From: Vicugna vicugna
Lineage: Eukaryota
Reading direction: 5' to 3'
Length of the DNA stretch: 64,000 nucleotides
Assembly (NCBI GenBank): GCA_013265495.1
Contig: MU058645.1
Span: 684,001 to 748,000, forward strand
How positions within the stretch are numbered: position 1 is the stretch's first letter; each line of letters starts with the position of its first letter. The notes below the pieces were generated by a model. That model was not told the DNA's origin and searched no databases. It was given only the letters and a program-made list of their open reading frames with translations. Below are positions 25,601-37,330 of this stretch, in pieces. Made by a program: the position numbers and the translations under genes.

Positions 25601-27249
25601 AGCCGGAAATCCTCCTCCAATCCATCGGTTCCCGCACTCACCTTCCTCATGAATATAACATCTCTTTATCGCAAAGAAGCTAGGACACTGGCAGTCTGCG
25701 TGGAGATTTCACATTCTCATAACTTGCCTATTCTGTCCTCCCTCCTAACATCGTGCAGCATTCACTTAACACACTATTTCTCAAAAGGTTATGCAGACTG
25801 AAATTCCTGAGTGGGCTGATTCACTTCCCAGGGTCAAAGTTAACTCATACTCTCTCTTCTCCTCTTTTAACTTGTCTTCCTCTTCTTTCCTTTCCACTTT
25901 CGTTTTGTTTTTCTCTTCTTTGCTTTCCCTAAGAACCTTCCCCAAACGAAGCATCTGAAGTCCGGATGCCCTGACGACCAGAGACTGCATTATCCATAAT
26001 CAGTGACGTTTCTGCTCTTCCCCCACGTCCACGGGAAATTGACAACCTTTTCCAGGATTCTTCCATCCCAAGCATGTCTCATGTCTCTGGTCAAGAACAC
26101 AAAGTGCGACGTCACCCGCCTGCTTCCCGGCGTGGTCCTCCCCTTGACTTTGCTCCTACAGACATTGGTTGGTGAGGGAGATGGGCGTGGCCTGTGAACC
26201 CCAAAGGGGGTTCCACTCTGGGGGAGGAAGGCAGGTCAACACAGCATCACATGAGTATTTGTTAAAGCACAGCTGGGTTAAGCCAAGGTTTTCATACAAG
26301 GGCCGGGGAGAGGGAGCGCCCTCTTCCTCCCAGTCTGAAGGAGAAGAGCCTCTGCCGCTCAGACCGCCCTGTGCTCTGGGCCCCACTCCTTCCCCCTCGG
26401 GCACAGCCTTCCCTGCTTCCAGGCTGGCCCCAGGCTCCTCCCGCTTCTTGGCCTGGGTTCGGTTCCTTCCACCTCGAAACATGGGTGGGGCCCTGGAAAT
26501 CCTGAAAAGGTTTTCACCAGGCTTTGTTGCCTCCTCTATTTACCTTCATAGCTGCCACGTGATTTCTCAGACTCATGGGGTCCCTGTGTTGGAAGCCACC
26601 TACCCCTCCCTCGCCCCTTCCCATCCCGATGAAATCTCCAGTGAGTGGGCTGCGGTTTCTCTGACCAGTCCCTCTTTCTTCTGCCTCTGTGGTCTGACAT
26701 CCATTCCCACCAGGGTGCCAAACCCACCCTCCCCGAGGTCTCCACAGGCAGAGAAACTGCTGTAGCCTCTTCACTCCATTGCTGTCCGTTTTCTACCTGC
26801 AATCCTTATTTTCATGTTTCCACCCTATGGAAGCTTTCTGCTGGGTCTCCGACCTCTTTCTCTCCCCCCGTTTCCTGTCCTAAATCCCGATTCTCCTCCT
26901 TCCTTTTTCCTGATTTCCCCTCTGCCCTCACTTCTCTGCATTTAATTTCAACTCCAATTCCAAATCAGTTAACAAATCTTGTCTTTTCTTAACCATCTAC
27001 ATTTTCCTTCCCTTCCATGCCAGTTGTCGCTTCTGTTTATCAGGCTCTTGTCCCCCCCCCAAGCCTGGGTTGCTGACGTGACCTCCAGAGCTCAGGTGGG
27101 TTCAGAGTAAGAGCCTGACTTGAAAACTACAAGAATATATGGTCCTTGGGCATCAGGACCGTCTTACTCAACTTTGAATTCCCAGTGATGCTTGGCACGT
27201 CATAGTAATCACAAGTAATCCATGGAAATCCTACGTTTAATGGACTCTA

Positions 27250-28400
27250 AGAGACGTTCACTCACTCATTCAAGAACATCCACCATGCCACTCCTAAGCA
27301 AGAGAGACACAGGAGCAAAATGTATACACCACGGAGGTGTCTGCATTTCTGGGACTTCTAGTCCAGTGGAGGCAAAGAAATTGAGCCAACACTCACTAAT
27401 GCAATGAATTACAATTAAAATAAAATGGCAAAGAAGAGGGTGATGTGGAAACGAATGACAACAGTGCCCACCAGGGGTGAGGAGCACAAAAATCTGCCCT
27501 GAGGAAGGCCAAGAGGGCACCTGAAAGGACCCGAAGGAAGATGGGGTGAACGGGAACATCAGAGCAGCGCGTGCAAGGATGGAAAGCAGGACACTGAGGA
27601 ACTGAAAGATTATATTCCCGGTGAAGCGGGACTATAATGAGCAAGGGAAGTGTGTCCGAGCAGGACCCTGCGGGGCCTTCCCGGGACAGACTACCCATGG
27701 CCTCCACCTTCCTCGTGTCTGCAGAAAATCTTTAGCCTCCTAGGCTTCCTGAATTCCAAAGAATAAATTTAATCAGGAAGTGAGAAAATGCAGAAAGAAA
27801 GGAAAACAGTCAAGCAAGATGAAATAATAGTAGTTCAGCCGTTAAACAAAGTCTGGGACCTTTAGTTCCTCCTCCAGGGCTAGAGATAATATTCTGAGCC
27901 ACGTCCTTTGAGCTGTTTTGCAGGCATTGAAACCCCCACCAGGTGGAAGACATTAACTGTGTGCTGCCCACAGCCTGTAGACCCCAGGCTGGTTGGAACC
28001 AGAAGGTTGACAATGTCGACTCCCGGTGACCTCATCACCAACCAGTCAGAAGAATGTCCAGGAGCTGATCACACCCCCTGCAACCCTCTCCCTCACCCTG
28101 TCTTTAAAAACATTTCCCTAAAAGCCAATGGGGAATTCAGATCTTTTGAGCATTAGCTGCCTGGACTCCTTGTTTGGAGTCCAGGAAATACTGCAAGAAA
28201 TGCTGCACTTTCCTTCATCACAACCCAGTGTCAGTAGATTGGTTTTACTGGGAGTGGGTGAGCAGACCCAAGTTCAGTTTGGTAACAGAAAGAGTTGTGC
28301 GAGACAAAAGGACTCGGGTCATTCCAGGCCAGGTTATCTACCGTAAGGATGTCGGACTTCATGTAGAACAGAAGGAAGCCATCACACACAAAGCGCAGAT
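27250..28400 (-). mobile_element. L2 fragments flanking the LTR (about 27250-27650 and 28290-28400)
   Basis: ttcactcactcattcaagaacat (L2 tail, antisense); after the LTR, cattccaggcc...aaggatgtcggacttcatg...ggaagccat. Confidence 0.55.
27651..28287 (+). mobile_element. Full-length ERV1-like solo LTR (637 bp)
   Basis: TG(TGTCCGAGCAGGACC)...(GGTAA)CA termini; flanks ggaag/gaaag look like a degenerate TSD; internal ctgtctttaaaaac promoter-like region. Confidence 0.85.
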
Positions 28401-29084
28401 GGTGCTTTTAAAGCTTCCTTCCATCCATTTTGAGTGAGTCACACGTCTTCTCTACTTCTGTTGCAATAACATTAAAATCTTTGGAATAAGTGTAGCTGAT
28501 ATTAGAGATGGCTGGCTGGAATGGAAGTAGCTGAAATACGAGAACGTTTTTACTTCCCTGTAAATGAGAGAGGCATACGGAACTAAAACCACAGAGCACC
28601 GAGGAAGAAGGGACAGAGGCTAGTGTCTCACATGCCACCACATGGCGAGACATAAATAGCCAAAGATGACAAGATCATCTGTCTTTGGAAACGTTCAGCT
28701 TGAACATTTTCAGGCATGTAGTCCAACAGGATGACCTCAGCCCTGAGAAACTCTTTTCCTGCAGGACCCTGGGGAAATGGTCCTTTCAAAGGAGAGCTTC
28801 TTGAAACTCTGTAAACATCATCTGTAAGAAAAAGGATTTTTGATTTAAATCTGGCTTCCAGATTATCAAGTTAAATGAGCATTTACCATTATATTAATCT
28901 TTAAGTTCTTTAAAGTTTCCAAAATGTTTCCACTTATATTCAGTTACTTTATTTTGGTTCATAACTCATTTATTCAGCTAGGGCTACATGACCTGTATCC
29001 TGAGAGCCTTTGTAAAGTTCAAATACTATTACTCCATCTTAATTTATTGAGATAATGTTTTGAAAGTTATCAGTGTATTTATCT

Positions 29085-29525
29085 CTTAGGATATAAGTTT
29101 CGATGCTATCACAGAAATAAAAAATGACAGTACTTTAAATAACATAGGAATTTATTTCTCTCTCTTATAATTGTGGAATGAAAGTATCTGGGCTGGATAC
29201 TCTGTCCCTCCTACCTTGTTTCTCTGTCCTTCCTAAGGTGTTGTGCTCAACCACATACAAATTGGCTTATATTATATCCATGTTTCAGGGAGCAGAATGG
29301 AAGATGAGGCAAGAAAAGAAAGTTTCATCCTTTAAGGTCACTATCTGGAAGTTTTACACAACACTCTGCACACTCTGTTGGCCAAGACTTAGTCTTATGG
29401 CCAGAATTAGCTGCAAAAGAATCTTGGAAATGTGTTCTAGCTACGTGACAATGAAGCTAGCTAAAAATCCTACTACCTAATGCAAGATAGGAAGATTGGA
29501 TTTAATGGGTAGAACTAGCAATCTA
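29085..29525 (-). mobile_element. MLT1 (MaLR) LTR, MLT1J/K-like
   Basis: gaatttatttctctctc, ttggccaagacttagtcttatggcc...agctgcaaaaga..tggaaatgtg, hallmarks of antisense MLT1. Confidence 0.75.
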
Positions 29526-31099
29526 TGTATTTTCCTTTTCTTTTAGTTTTTCTACTTCTAGCAGCAAAATAAGATTTTGCAGCAAGACCGTGATCTCAAG
29601 AACTAAATATTGTTGAGAGAAGACATGTAGTACTGTATTTCCCCCTTTAACATAGCAAGAACCACACCTGGGGGACTCACTCAAACCATTCTCTCCTAGA
29701 ATAGAATGGGCTCCCATTTAAGTTAGGAGGACGAGCTTTCTTCTTATACAACTCGTAGAAAATGATATATGACAAGAAAAAGAAAAGCTTGATACTGTTA
29801 CAGTCTGGGATATGGTGAGACGGACATAGAGAGGGAAGGAAGAGAGTAAAAAGCCAAAGAGATCAATGTCCACGCCCTACCCCCAAAAGAGGGAGGAGCT
29901 TCAGGAGACTGGGTAACACGGGGAGCAGAGGAGACTCAGGCTGCCATCCCCATGTGCTGACTTCCCCCTGGGGACCTTGGGAAGAGGTTTTCCTACAGGC
30001 TTCTGTTGTGTCAGTCTGAAGTTGCTGGTGCAATATAATTTCAGAGGGGAGCCTTAAGGTCAAGATTCCTGGGGCTACTCTTAGCTCCTTTATATTATGA
30101 GTGCTGAGTTGAGAGTCAGCAGATAAGCCATGTGGCTGGCCAAGGTTGGGCTAGGTGACACGACTATGATGCCTCGGGGACACAGCTTGGGCCAGGGGGA
30201 GGAAGTTCCTGAGACACAGGAAGCCAAGCTGAGTCTGAGTAAGCCAGCGTTGCTCAAGCCAAAAGAAAGACCACCAGAGTGTACGGTACATTTTTTAAAT
30301 GTCATGGGAAGAAAATACATTAGGATTTTCTCCCAGACTTTCTCCTAATATGTGGCAAAGAAAAGAGATTTTTAAAACCAACCAACCAACCAAGCAAACA
30401 AAACCCTTGTTCTGAACAAAAATATACCATAGTTTCATAGGATACATTCCACAAGGTAAATGGGAATTGTTGCCCACGGTTTGTGAAGACAGAAGCATTC
30501 CACCCATCAGTTCCCAAGATCTTATAGTAAAACTATTTCCTTGCCTGATTAAAAACAAACAAATAACAGATCAAAGGGAAACAAAGGAAAAAATCTTGAA
30601 ACAAGTGCAATTAGAAACAATGTCTTTTTTCCAGTGTAATCTGGTTCTCGCATCACAGTGCTTAAGCACATGCATACTCTGGTGTTTCTTTCCTCAAAGG
30701 TTCCTTACTTTTCAATGTATACAAACAGATTCCAATGGAAAGTACATAAAAACACTTCTTCTAGTCTTTGCTGCAGTGGAAAGGAGATCTTCTTACAAGT
30801 GTAGAGCCTGCTCCATCACTGCCTCTTGTCCCTGCTGCATCTGAATTCTACTTCTCTACAAACAGCTCCAGTCTCATGTCCCCGGAACACACACACAGTC
30901 TCTCCCCTGATCCTGCCTTACCCGCAGGATCCTTCCTCCTTCCTCTCACAACCAGACTTGTTCAGTAATCTCTCTAGGCTTTTTAAGGCTACCATCTTAT
31001 TCACCCACCCCTCCAGGTTCCTGTCCCATCTCAATGCAGACAGGTTAATCCCTGTCAGTACTGCCCTCATCACTCCATTTAACGCTCTTTCAAGGTTCT

Positions 31100-31900
31100 C
31101 CTTGCTGAATTCCCAATGAACAAATTCAACAGCCTCTTTGATGATAACATTTTTCTTAAACTTAGTAGTTTTGGATAAAACTGCATTTTCAGATTATTCA
31201 GCCCAAAATATTGCTGATATGAAATTTAAGTGACTTCCTCCTAAACCTGGAATTTGAACCACACCTCTGTATTACAGTATCTCTAACTGCCTGATTTCAT
31301 AACTTCAGCAAGATGACCCACAGGCACCTCAAAATCAACCAAATTCTTCATTTTTCTTCCAAAATAAAGTTCTGTTAATGGCATCACCATCTTCTACATA
31401 CAGCTTTAAAACATCCACTCCACCTCAGTGCATTTTGCTGTATGTAAATTTTACCTTAAAAAAAAGTGGAAAAATTGTTATCTTTGTGTCTTCCTTCCTT
31501 ACCTCCAAAGCCAATAAACGGCCAATTTGTGTTTAATTGACCCCTGGAATGCCCATTTCATTGTCTCCTTTCCAGCTTCAATGCAACGACTCCCGCAGAA
31601 TCTCTCAGTGTTCCTCTCCAGACCCCTGGAGCAGGCGCCACTTCAAGGGACTTCTCCTCTCCAAGTCCTCTCATTCTGCGGCCTGATGAAACTTCCCAAA
31701 GCGGAGTCTCGAGTCTGCTCTTGTCCTAACCACCCCCACTAAATGCTAGATATCTCTGTGGTTGATGGAATAAAGCCCAAACCCTTTAGCCTAGAACTTA
31801 AAGTCCTCTCTGACTTGATCCCAGCCCACCTCTGAGTCTGATTTCCCAATACTCCCTTCTCGCGGCACCAGCCTCCACACACGCAGAACATTTTCCACAT
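31100..31900 (+). mobile_element. L2 fragments
   Basis: tatctctaactgcct...caggcacctcaaaatcaac...aatggcatcaccat...ggaataaagcccaaaccctt. Confidence 0.6.
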
Positions 31901-31999
31901 CTGCCCTGCCCTTGGGGAGGAGAACAGAGAATGAACTCTGGAACAAGAGTTTGGATTCAAGTTCTGGCTCCACCACTGACACAAACTTTTGCTATGAGT

Positions 32000-32230
32000 A
32001 TCATCAGGATGTATTTTGAAGACACAGCAGATATAATTTGCCGATGGGTTGAAAATGGGGTGTAAGAGATAAGGAAGAGTCAACATTAGCGCCAAGGCGT
32101 ATGGTGTGAGTTATGAGAAGGGCCGAGCCACTGTAGGTACCACGAGGAACACAGAGGGAGGTGGGAGGACGGGGCAAGATTAGGAGTTTGGGTTCGAACA
32201 CCTGACTTCAGGATGTCTACTGATACACAT
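32000..32230 (-). mobile_element. L2 fragment
   Basis: ggatgtattttgaag...tttgccgatgggttgaaaatggggtgtaagagataaggaagagtcaa. Confidence 0.6.
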
Positions 32231-33419
32231 TCTTCAAGACACAGCTTAGGTATGTTCTCCTTTGGATGGCGTCACGAATTCCACCTTTCACAGAGCTGCC
32301 CGTCTCTGTCTTCCTGTGAACACTGCTTTCTCTCTTGCAGGACAGTCCGAGTACCTGCCACTTCGCCCTCCCGTACACCAACCTTCCTAACAAGAGCGTT
32401 CATGTCTGAGTCACCTCTGTCCCCCACATGGAGGCCATCATTTTACACAGAGAAGCTCAAAAATATTCCTGAATGAAAATGAAAATGTATATGGAATTGT
32501 ACCTTTTATTTTGTATCATGATTATCAGCAGAGCACTTCAAGCCGGGCAGAAAAGTCATCCTCATGGTCTTCTGACATCCCAGCTACGAGCAGAGCCTCC
32601 TTATCAGACAGACTCTTAAAAGTTCCTTCCAGAGAGAGCTCTTCTAATCCTGTCTAGCATTTCCCATCATCTCGTAGAAGAATCTGTGATCGCCGATAAC
32701 CATGGGGAAGCAATCTGTTTCCAAACTTACTGCTAAAATCCCTTCACGGGGACCTGTGGCAGCTCTTCACTCATACAACAGAGACAACAAATTTGCCAGG
32801 CAACTGGAGATAAGAGAGTGATTTTAAAAATATGTATTACTGAAGACCACTGAACTTTGTCATTTTAGCCACATGTGGGCCCAGGGGAAAACTGGACTTC
32901 TCGTCAAAAAACCTTCACTCTGTCATCTCACTATAACTGTTCCACATTTAGTGTTTCTGCAGAAAAACATTTCACTAGTGACAGGACTAGCATCCCCCTG
33001 CTGAGCTCCTGTGAGTCTCTGTATTGCCTGATGCTCTTAGGAAAGTGAAAGGAGTTCTGAATACGCAAGAGACAAGGGTCTCTGGCCTGAGCATCTCGAG
33101 GCTGCGGGGGCGGATGGAGAGGGAGGAGCCTCCCACCGCATCTGACACCCAGCCCCTCGCAGACGTGACAAGGTTTGCCCCTTGCTGTTTGCCCGCTTGC
33201 TTAATTGATTGATTATTGAACACTTGCTGGAAAATAGCAGAGTGACCTACAGTTCTACCATAAATATCAGTCATCTTCGGGATGCCCTCGGGAGATTCCA
33301 GAATGTTCTGGTGTCGCTGGGCCCCACCCGAGACCTACTGTTCTGGAATCCAGGGAGGAAGAGCCTGGCATCTCTGCAGGCAGCTGCGGGGCGCCTCTGT
33401 GGGGGTCCTGCTACGTAGG

Positions 33420-33530
33420 GCAGCCCTGTATTTGAATCCCAGCTCTGCCACTTCATAGCCAGGCGGCCTGCAGTGTGGCGCTGAGCCTCTCAGGATCAGC
33501 TTTTCATCCGCACAAGGGTGATCATGTGTA
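33420..33530 (+). mobile_element. MIR fragment
   Basis: tttgaatcccagctctgccacttcatagc...ctgagcctctc..cagcttttcatc. Confidence 0.65.
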
Positions 33531-33589
33531 CCAGGCCGTCCCAGAGACCTGAGGTCATGAGCAGAAAGGACGCAGCCACGGCTCACTAC

Positions 33590-34033
33590 TGGCAGCTCAT
33601 ACTGGTAGCGGGGCTGGTGTGCCGAGCTTAGCTTCACTGCGCTTCCAAGTATTAGGTTTTTTACGAATTGAAAGTTTGTGGCAAATGTGCATTGAGTAAA
33701 TCCATTGGCATCATTCTTCCAACAGCATTTGCTCAGTTTGTGTCTCTGTGTCACATTTTGGTCATCTTCACAGTTTTTCAAACCCTCCAGCAGCAAAAAG
33801 ATTATGACTTGCTGAAGTCTTAGATGATGGTTAGCACATTTTAGCAATAAAGTATTTATCATTAAGGTATGCACATTATTTTTAGACACAATGCCATTGC
33901 ACACCTAATAGCTTACAGTATAGTGGAAACATAACTTTCTGTGCACTGGGAAACCAGAATAAGTCATGTGAGTCGCTTCTCTGTGATATTTGTGGTCTGG
34001 AACCAAACCTGTGATATCTCCGGGGTGGGCCTG
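33590..34033 (+). mobile_element. Tigger1-derived non-autonomous element (Tigger1a-like)
   Basis: Tigger1 5' arm (aaattgaa.gtttgtggcaa, gtgtctctgtgtcacattttgg) fused directly to the 3' arm (ccagcaaaaagattatgac...gatatctccggggtgggcctg) and followed by TA. Confidence 0.85.
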
Positions 34034-34059
34034 TATGGCACTGTTATTGATCATCTGCA

Positions 34060-34530
34060 CATTGATCTTTATGACAGAGCCCTGCATGGATGGCCCCTGC
34101 CTGCCTCCGGGCCTCATCCACTCCTGTACCTGCCTTGCCCCAAACACTCCAGCTGTCTGGGCTGCCTTCTTTAACTCCAGCACCACAAACCAGTCCCCAT
34201 CCGAGGCCTTAGGCAACAGCTCTCCCCTCTTCTCACTACCTGGGCTCCTTCTCAGACCTCAGATTTCAGACATCCTCTGTGTGAGGTCCCGGCATCCTCC
34301 CTCCAGCCCCCTGCCCCTGATGCTCAGGCCACCAGAGCGCCCTCCATTACACTGCCAGCGCCTTGTGTTCGCCTACAGCTCTTCTGAAGACCAAGTACTT
34401 GGATGGCATTGACTTACCTTCTTGTTGATCTTCTCCCCTCCGGGCCCTTGTCTGTCCTGCGCTCTGCTCAGGCCCCATATCTGAGCCGGGAGAAGAGTAG
34501 GTATGCTATGCACGTTTGCTGACTGAACGA
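34060..34530 (+). mobile_element. L2 3' region
   Basis: gccctgcatgga.ggcccctgcctgcctc...ctccagccac...gtaggtatgctatgcacgtttgctgactgaacgaa. Confidence 0.65.
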
Positions 34531-35426
34531 ATAACCTTGAAAAGCAAATATTATTCAGCCCTAGTAAACGCAGAGTCAGTCCTTAGACTCAGCCCTCACA
34601 TTCTGAAAATCAAACCCCACATCACACATCACAAACACAGGGAATCCCTCCAGGAACTTCAGGAGAAACGCAAACCCTCTTCCACAACTCCGCCTGTCCC
34701 CGCTGCCAGCAGCAATGAGCCCAGGCCCCGGGGACGGGCAAGACCCACAAATGGAAGATAAGAATAAAGCTCCCCTCATTTCTGTCTTTCCTTTTCAGTT
34801 TCCCTGTAACATGTCACCTCCCCCACGTCCATCACTTTTTTCTAAACTAAAGAGATGACGTAACAATGCCAGATACAGTACTGACCATGACCAGGGAGAG
34901 AGGATGAGGACAGGATGCTGTGGGACAGACACTTCTCAAGATCGAGCTGTACGCTTCCAGTGGCGTGGCCCAGCCCGGGAAACCGCAGTTCGGAAGAACA
35001 GGAGCTAAAGGCAACAGGTTGCTTGGAGGGAGCTGAGACTCTTCCGGAAGCCGCAGCTCCACGCAGCCCTGTGAGAGCCCGCCTGGGGGACCTGGACCGT
35101 CCGCAGCATCCGTGACTCTAGGCAGGGTCCGTCTGAGGTTTACCCTGTGCTCTGTCTGGGGGAAGGAGGGGTGAAAAGCAGCCACCGCCTTCCGAGAGCA
35201 CCTGAGATCTCCCTCTCGGTCTGTCCCCGCCTCTCGCATCGGCGTGGCTGTATTTGTGCGTTTCAGGTAAATCAGCCAAGAATAAAGCTCCTCCCCTTTG
35301 GAGCCCACTTTCTGCGAGCCCCGCCCTTGGTATTGGGTTGGTCTTTGGTTCAAAGACAGCGTCTTTATCAACAGAAAACTTTCAACTCCGCGTTTTGTAT
35401 GGTAACAAAGCAACTTTATAGTTTTC

Positions 35427-35701
35427 TCATTTCAGGTTTTCTTTGTTAATTGCCTTTTTGTCCATTGAACTCTTCAGTGGCTGTTTCTCCTTCTTCGTAT
35501 AAGTCATACTTTCCTGAATGAGTTCTTTTTCTTCATTGATGGGCTTTCCTGGAAAGACTTCCTGTCTTTTCAACGTGCTGTTTACCTTTTTTTTTCCTTT
35601 TATATTTTTTCTTTTATGTTTTTTTCCCCGTGGTTTATTGTAATTTTTTTTTCCCTCATTGGCTTTGTTAGTGTCTGGTTTCTCAAGCATTTCTTGGGCT
35701 T
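35427..35701 (-). CDS. Candidate terminal coding exon, lysine-rich basic microprotein (87 aa from the ATG at 35690)
   Basis: Acceptor tttggctttattctttcag| at 35702; open frame EAQEMLEKPDTNK...KKAINKENLK* through very A-rich DNA; 24 of 87 residues are Lys; NLS-like PRGKKHKRK. No homologue recognised. Confidence 0.4.
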
Positions 35702-36080
35702 CTGAAAGAATAAAGCCAAACTTCACACAGAATTCGGTTTTTAATTATATATTCATAGCAGGTAAGTGCATGATCAATGTGGATTTGGGGCCTTTCAAGA
35801 ACGGAAGAATACCCAAAGGTGGGCCATGTGCATTATTTATTTCTTGCAAATTGGTCTACCATGTGTTCAACCCCAGAGAGAAAGCTCGCTGGAACGGAAA
35901 TCCCATCGTAGAAGGATGTCCCCCTTTAGGCAGCGGTCAGGAGAGCACTGGTTGGGGACGGAGTGTCGGGAGCAGTGTGGACGCTGCCCCGGTAGATGTA
36001 ACTGAGGCTCCTGAACGTGACTGATCTTACTGCACGTGGCTGGTCCTAATGTGTGGCAAGCAGACACGGAAGCCACTCAC

Positions 36081-36209
36081 TGTGAAATAAATAAACCACC
36101 ACGGAAAGGAAAAGGTCACAGAAGAAAATCCCCAACTCCTTGGCACTGAAGTGCCCTCTAGAAGAGTCTGTCCTGCCTTGGTATGTGAACAGGTGAAAGC
36201 TTTTAAGTT
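36081..36209 (-). other. Candidate internal exon (129 nt, frame-preserving)
   Basis: tttttcttgtttattctctgtttgaaag| acceptor and ACA|GTGAGT donor; open in two frames. Confidence 0.35.
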
Positions 36210-36554
36210 CTTTCAAACAGAGAATAAACAAGAAAAATAGTCACCTTCTAGAACTTACTGTGTTTTTCTGTTTGTTTGTTTGTTTTATAAGAAGTGGAGT
36301 CCAAGCAGAAGCATCCTGTGACCCCCGAGGCAGCTCCTCCCCATGGACCGGCTGCCCCCGTCTCTCCTGCTGCATCTTCTGTGTTCTGGGAGCAGCTCTT
36401 CCTTCCTAGCAAAGTCAGCTGACACTGGTGCCAAGTGACTCCACAGTGGTGGCGACTGCCAGGCTGGCAAGCTCGAAAGCCAGCCTCCCAGTAGCCCACC
36501 ATGACCGACGGAGCCTGGACACAGACAGTTGCAGCCCCAAAGTGCCCCACTTAC

Positions 36555-36612
36555 TTCTAAAGACATCCCATTCTTGAGAGGACACCCCTGACTGCTGTGT
36601 CCCCTTTATAAG
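36555..36612 (-). promoter_or_regulatory. TATA box plus short candidate first exon
   Basis: Minus strand cTTATAAAGGGG (TATAAA at 36610-36605), and a GAA|GTAAGT donor at 36555/36554 about 25 nt past the expected start site. Confidence 0.35.
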
Positions 36613-37129
36613 CCCTACACGCACCCCCTCACAGTCCTGTGACACTGAGGAGGGGCGCCCCTCGAGTCTCTCCTTGGCCTGGAAGCACAGAAGATGTCAG
36701 CTTTCCCTTAAGAGACAGCTCCAGCCTGTGAAATGATCTTGGCTCACAAACCCCATTTCTGAGAGTAAAATGCCCTCCGCGTGCACTTTCCAGAGTTAGC
36801 AAAGCTGATCTGTTTGGGCTGCAGGGACGACTCATGAAATGTTTCTTAAAAGACGTGTAATTATGGCGAAACGAAAGTATGGTTCCAGAAGTTAAGCTAG
36901 CTACTTGACATGGCAGATCAGCAAGGCTCCCAAGAGAATTTCTTGAGGAAATAAAATAAGAAAGGTTTCCAAGAGGAAGTACGAGGCGTTATTTCCAGAG
37001 ATTTTCAGTTTTCAGTATTTCATTTTAGTTTTCAATATTTCAATTTTTCATTTAGTTTTCAGTATTTCGCTATTGTTAGAATCATTTCATTGGCAAAGAT
37101 CTGTGTTCAAATAAAGCAGACTTTGTACT

Positions 37130-37330
37130 TAATTCAATTCAACTCAACAAACAACTCTCAAGCACCGACTTTGTCTCAGGTTCTGAGTGAGGAAGTTTAC
37201 ACCTGTCACCTAGTCCACCGCCGACGAAGGTGGCGGGCACTGCACATGAGAAGACAGAGGCTTAGAGAGGTTAATCATCTGCCCAAAGTCACACAGCCGT
37301 TATGAGGACCAGACCAGCTGGGGTCTGCCC
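37130..37330 (-). mobile_element. L2 tail plus MIR fragment
   Basis: attcaactcaacaaac..., then atgagaagacagaggcttagagaggttaatcatctgcccaaagtcacacagc. Confidence 0.7.

Noticed and set aside
26169..26765. 198-aa ORF (similarly 18020-18577 and 56898-57533)
   Set aside because: No recognisable homology or exon structure; composition fits chance frames.
33335..33904. 189-aa ORF
   Set aside because: Runs antisense through a Tigger1 derivative and a MIR; no transposase motifs.
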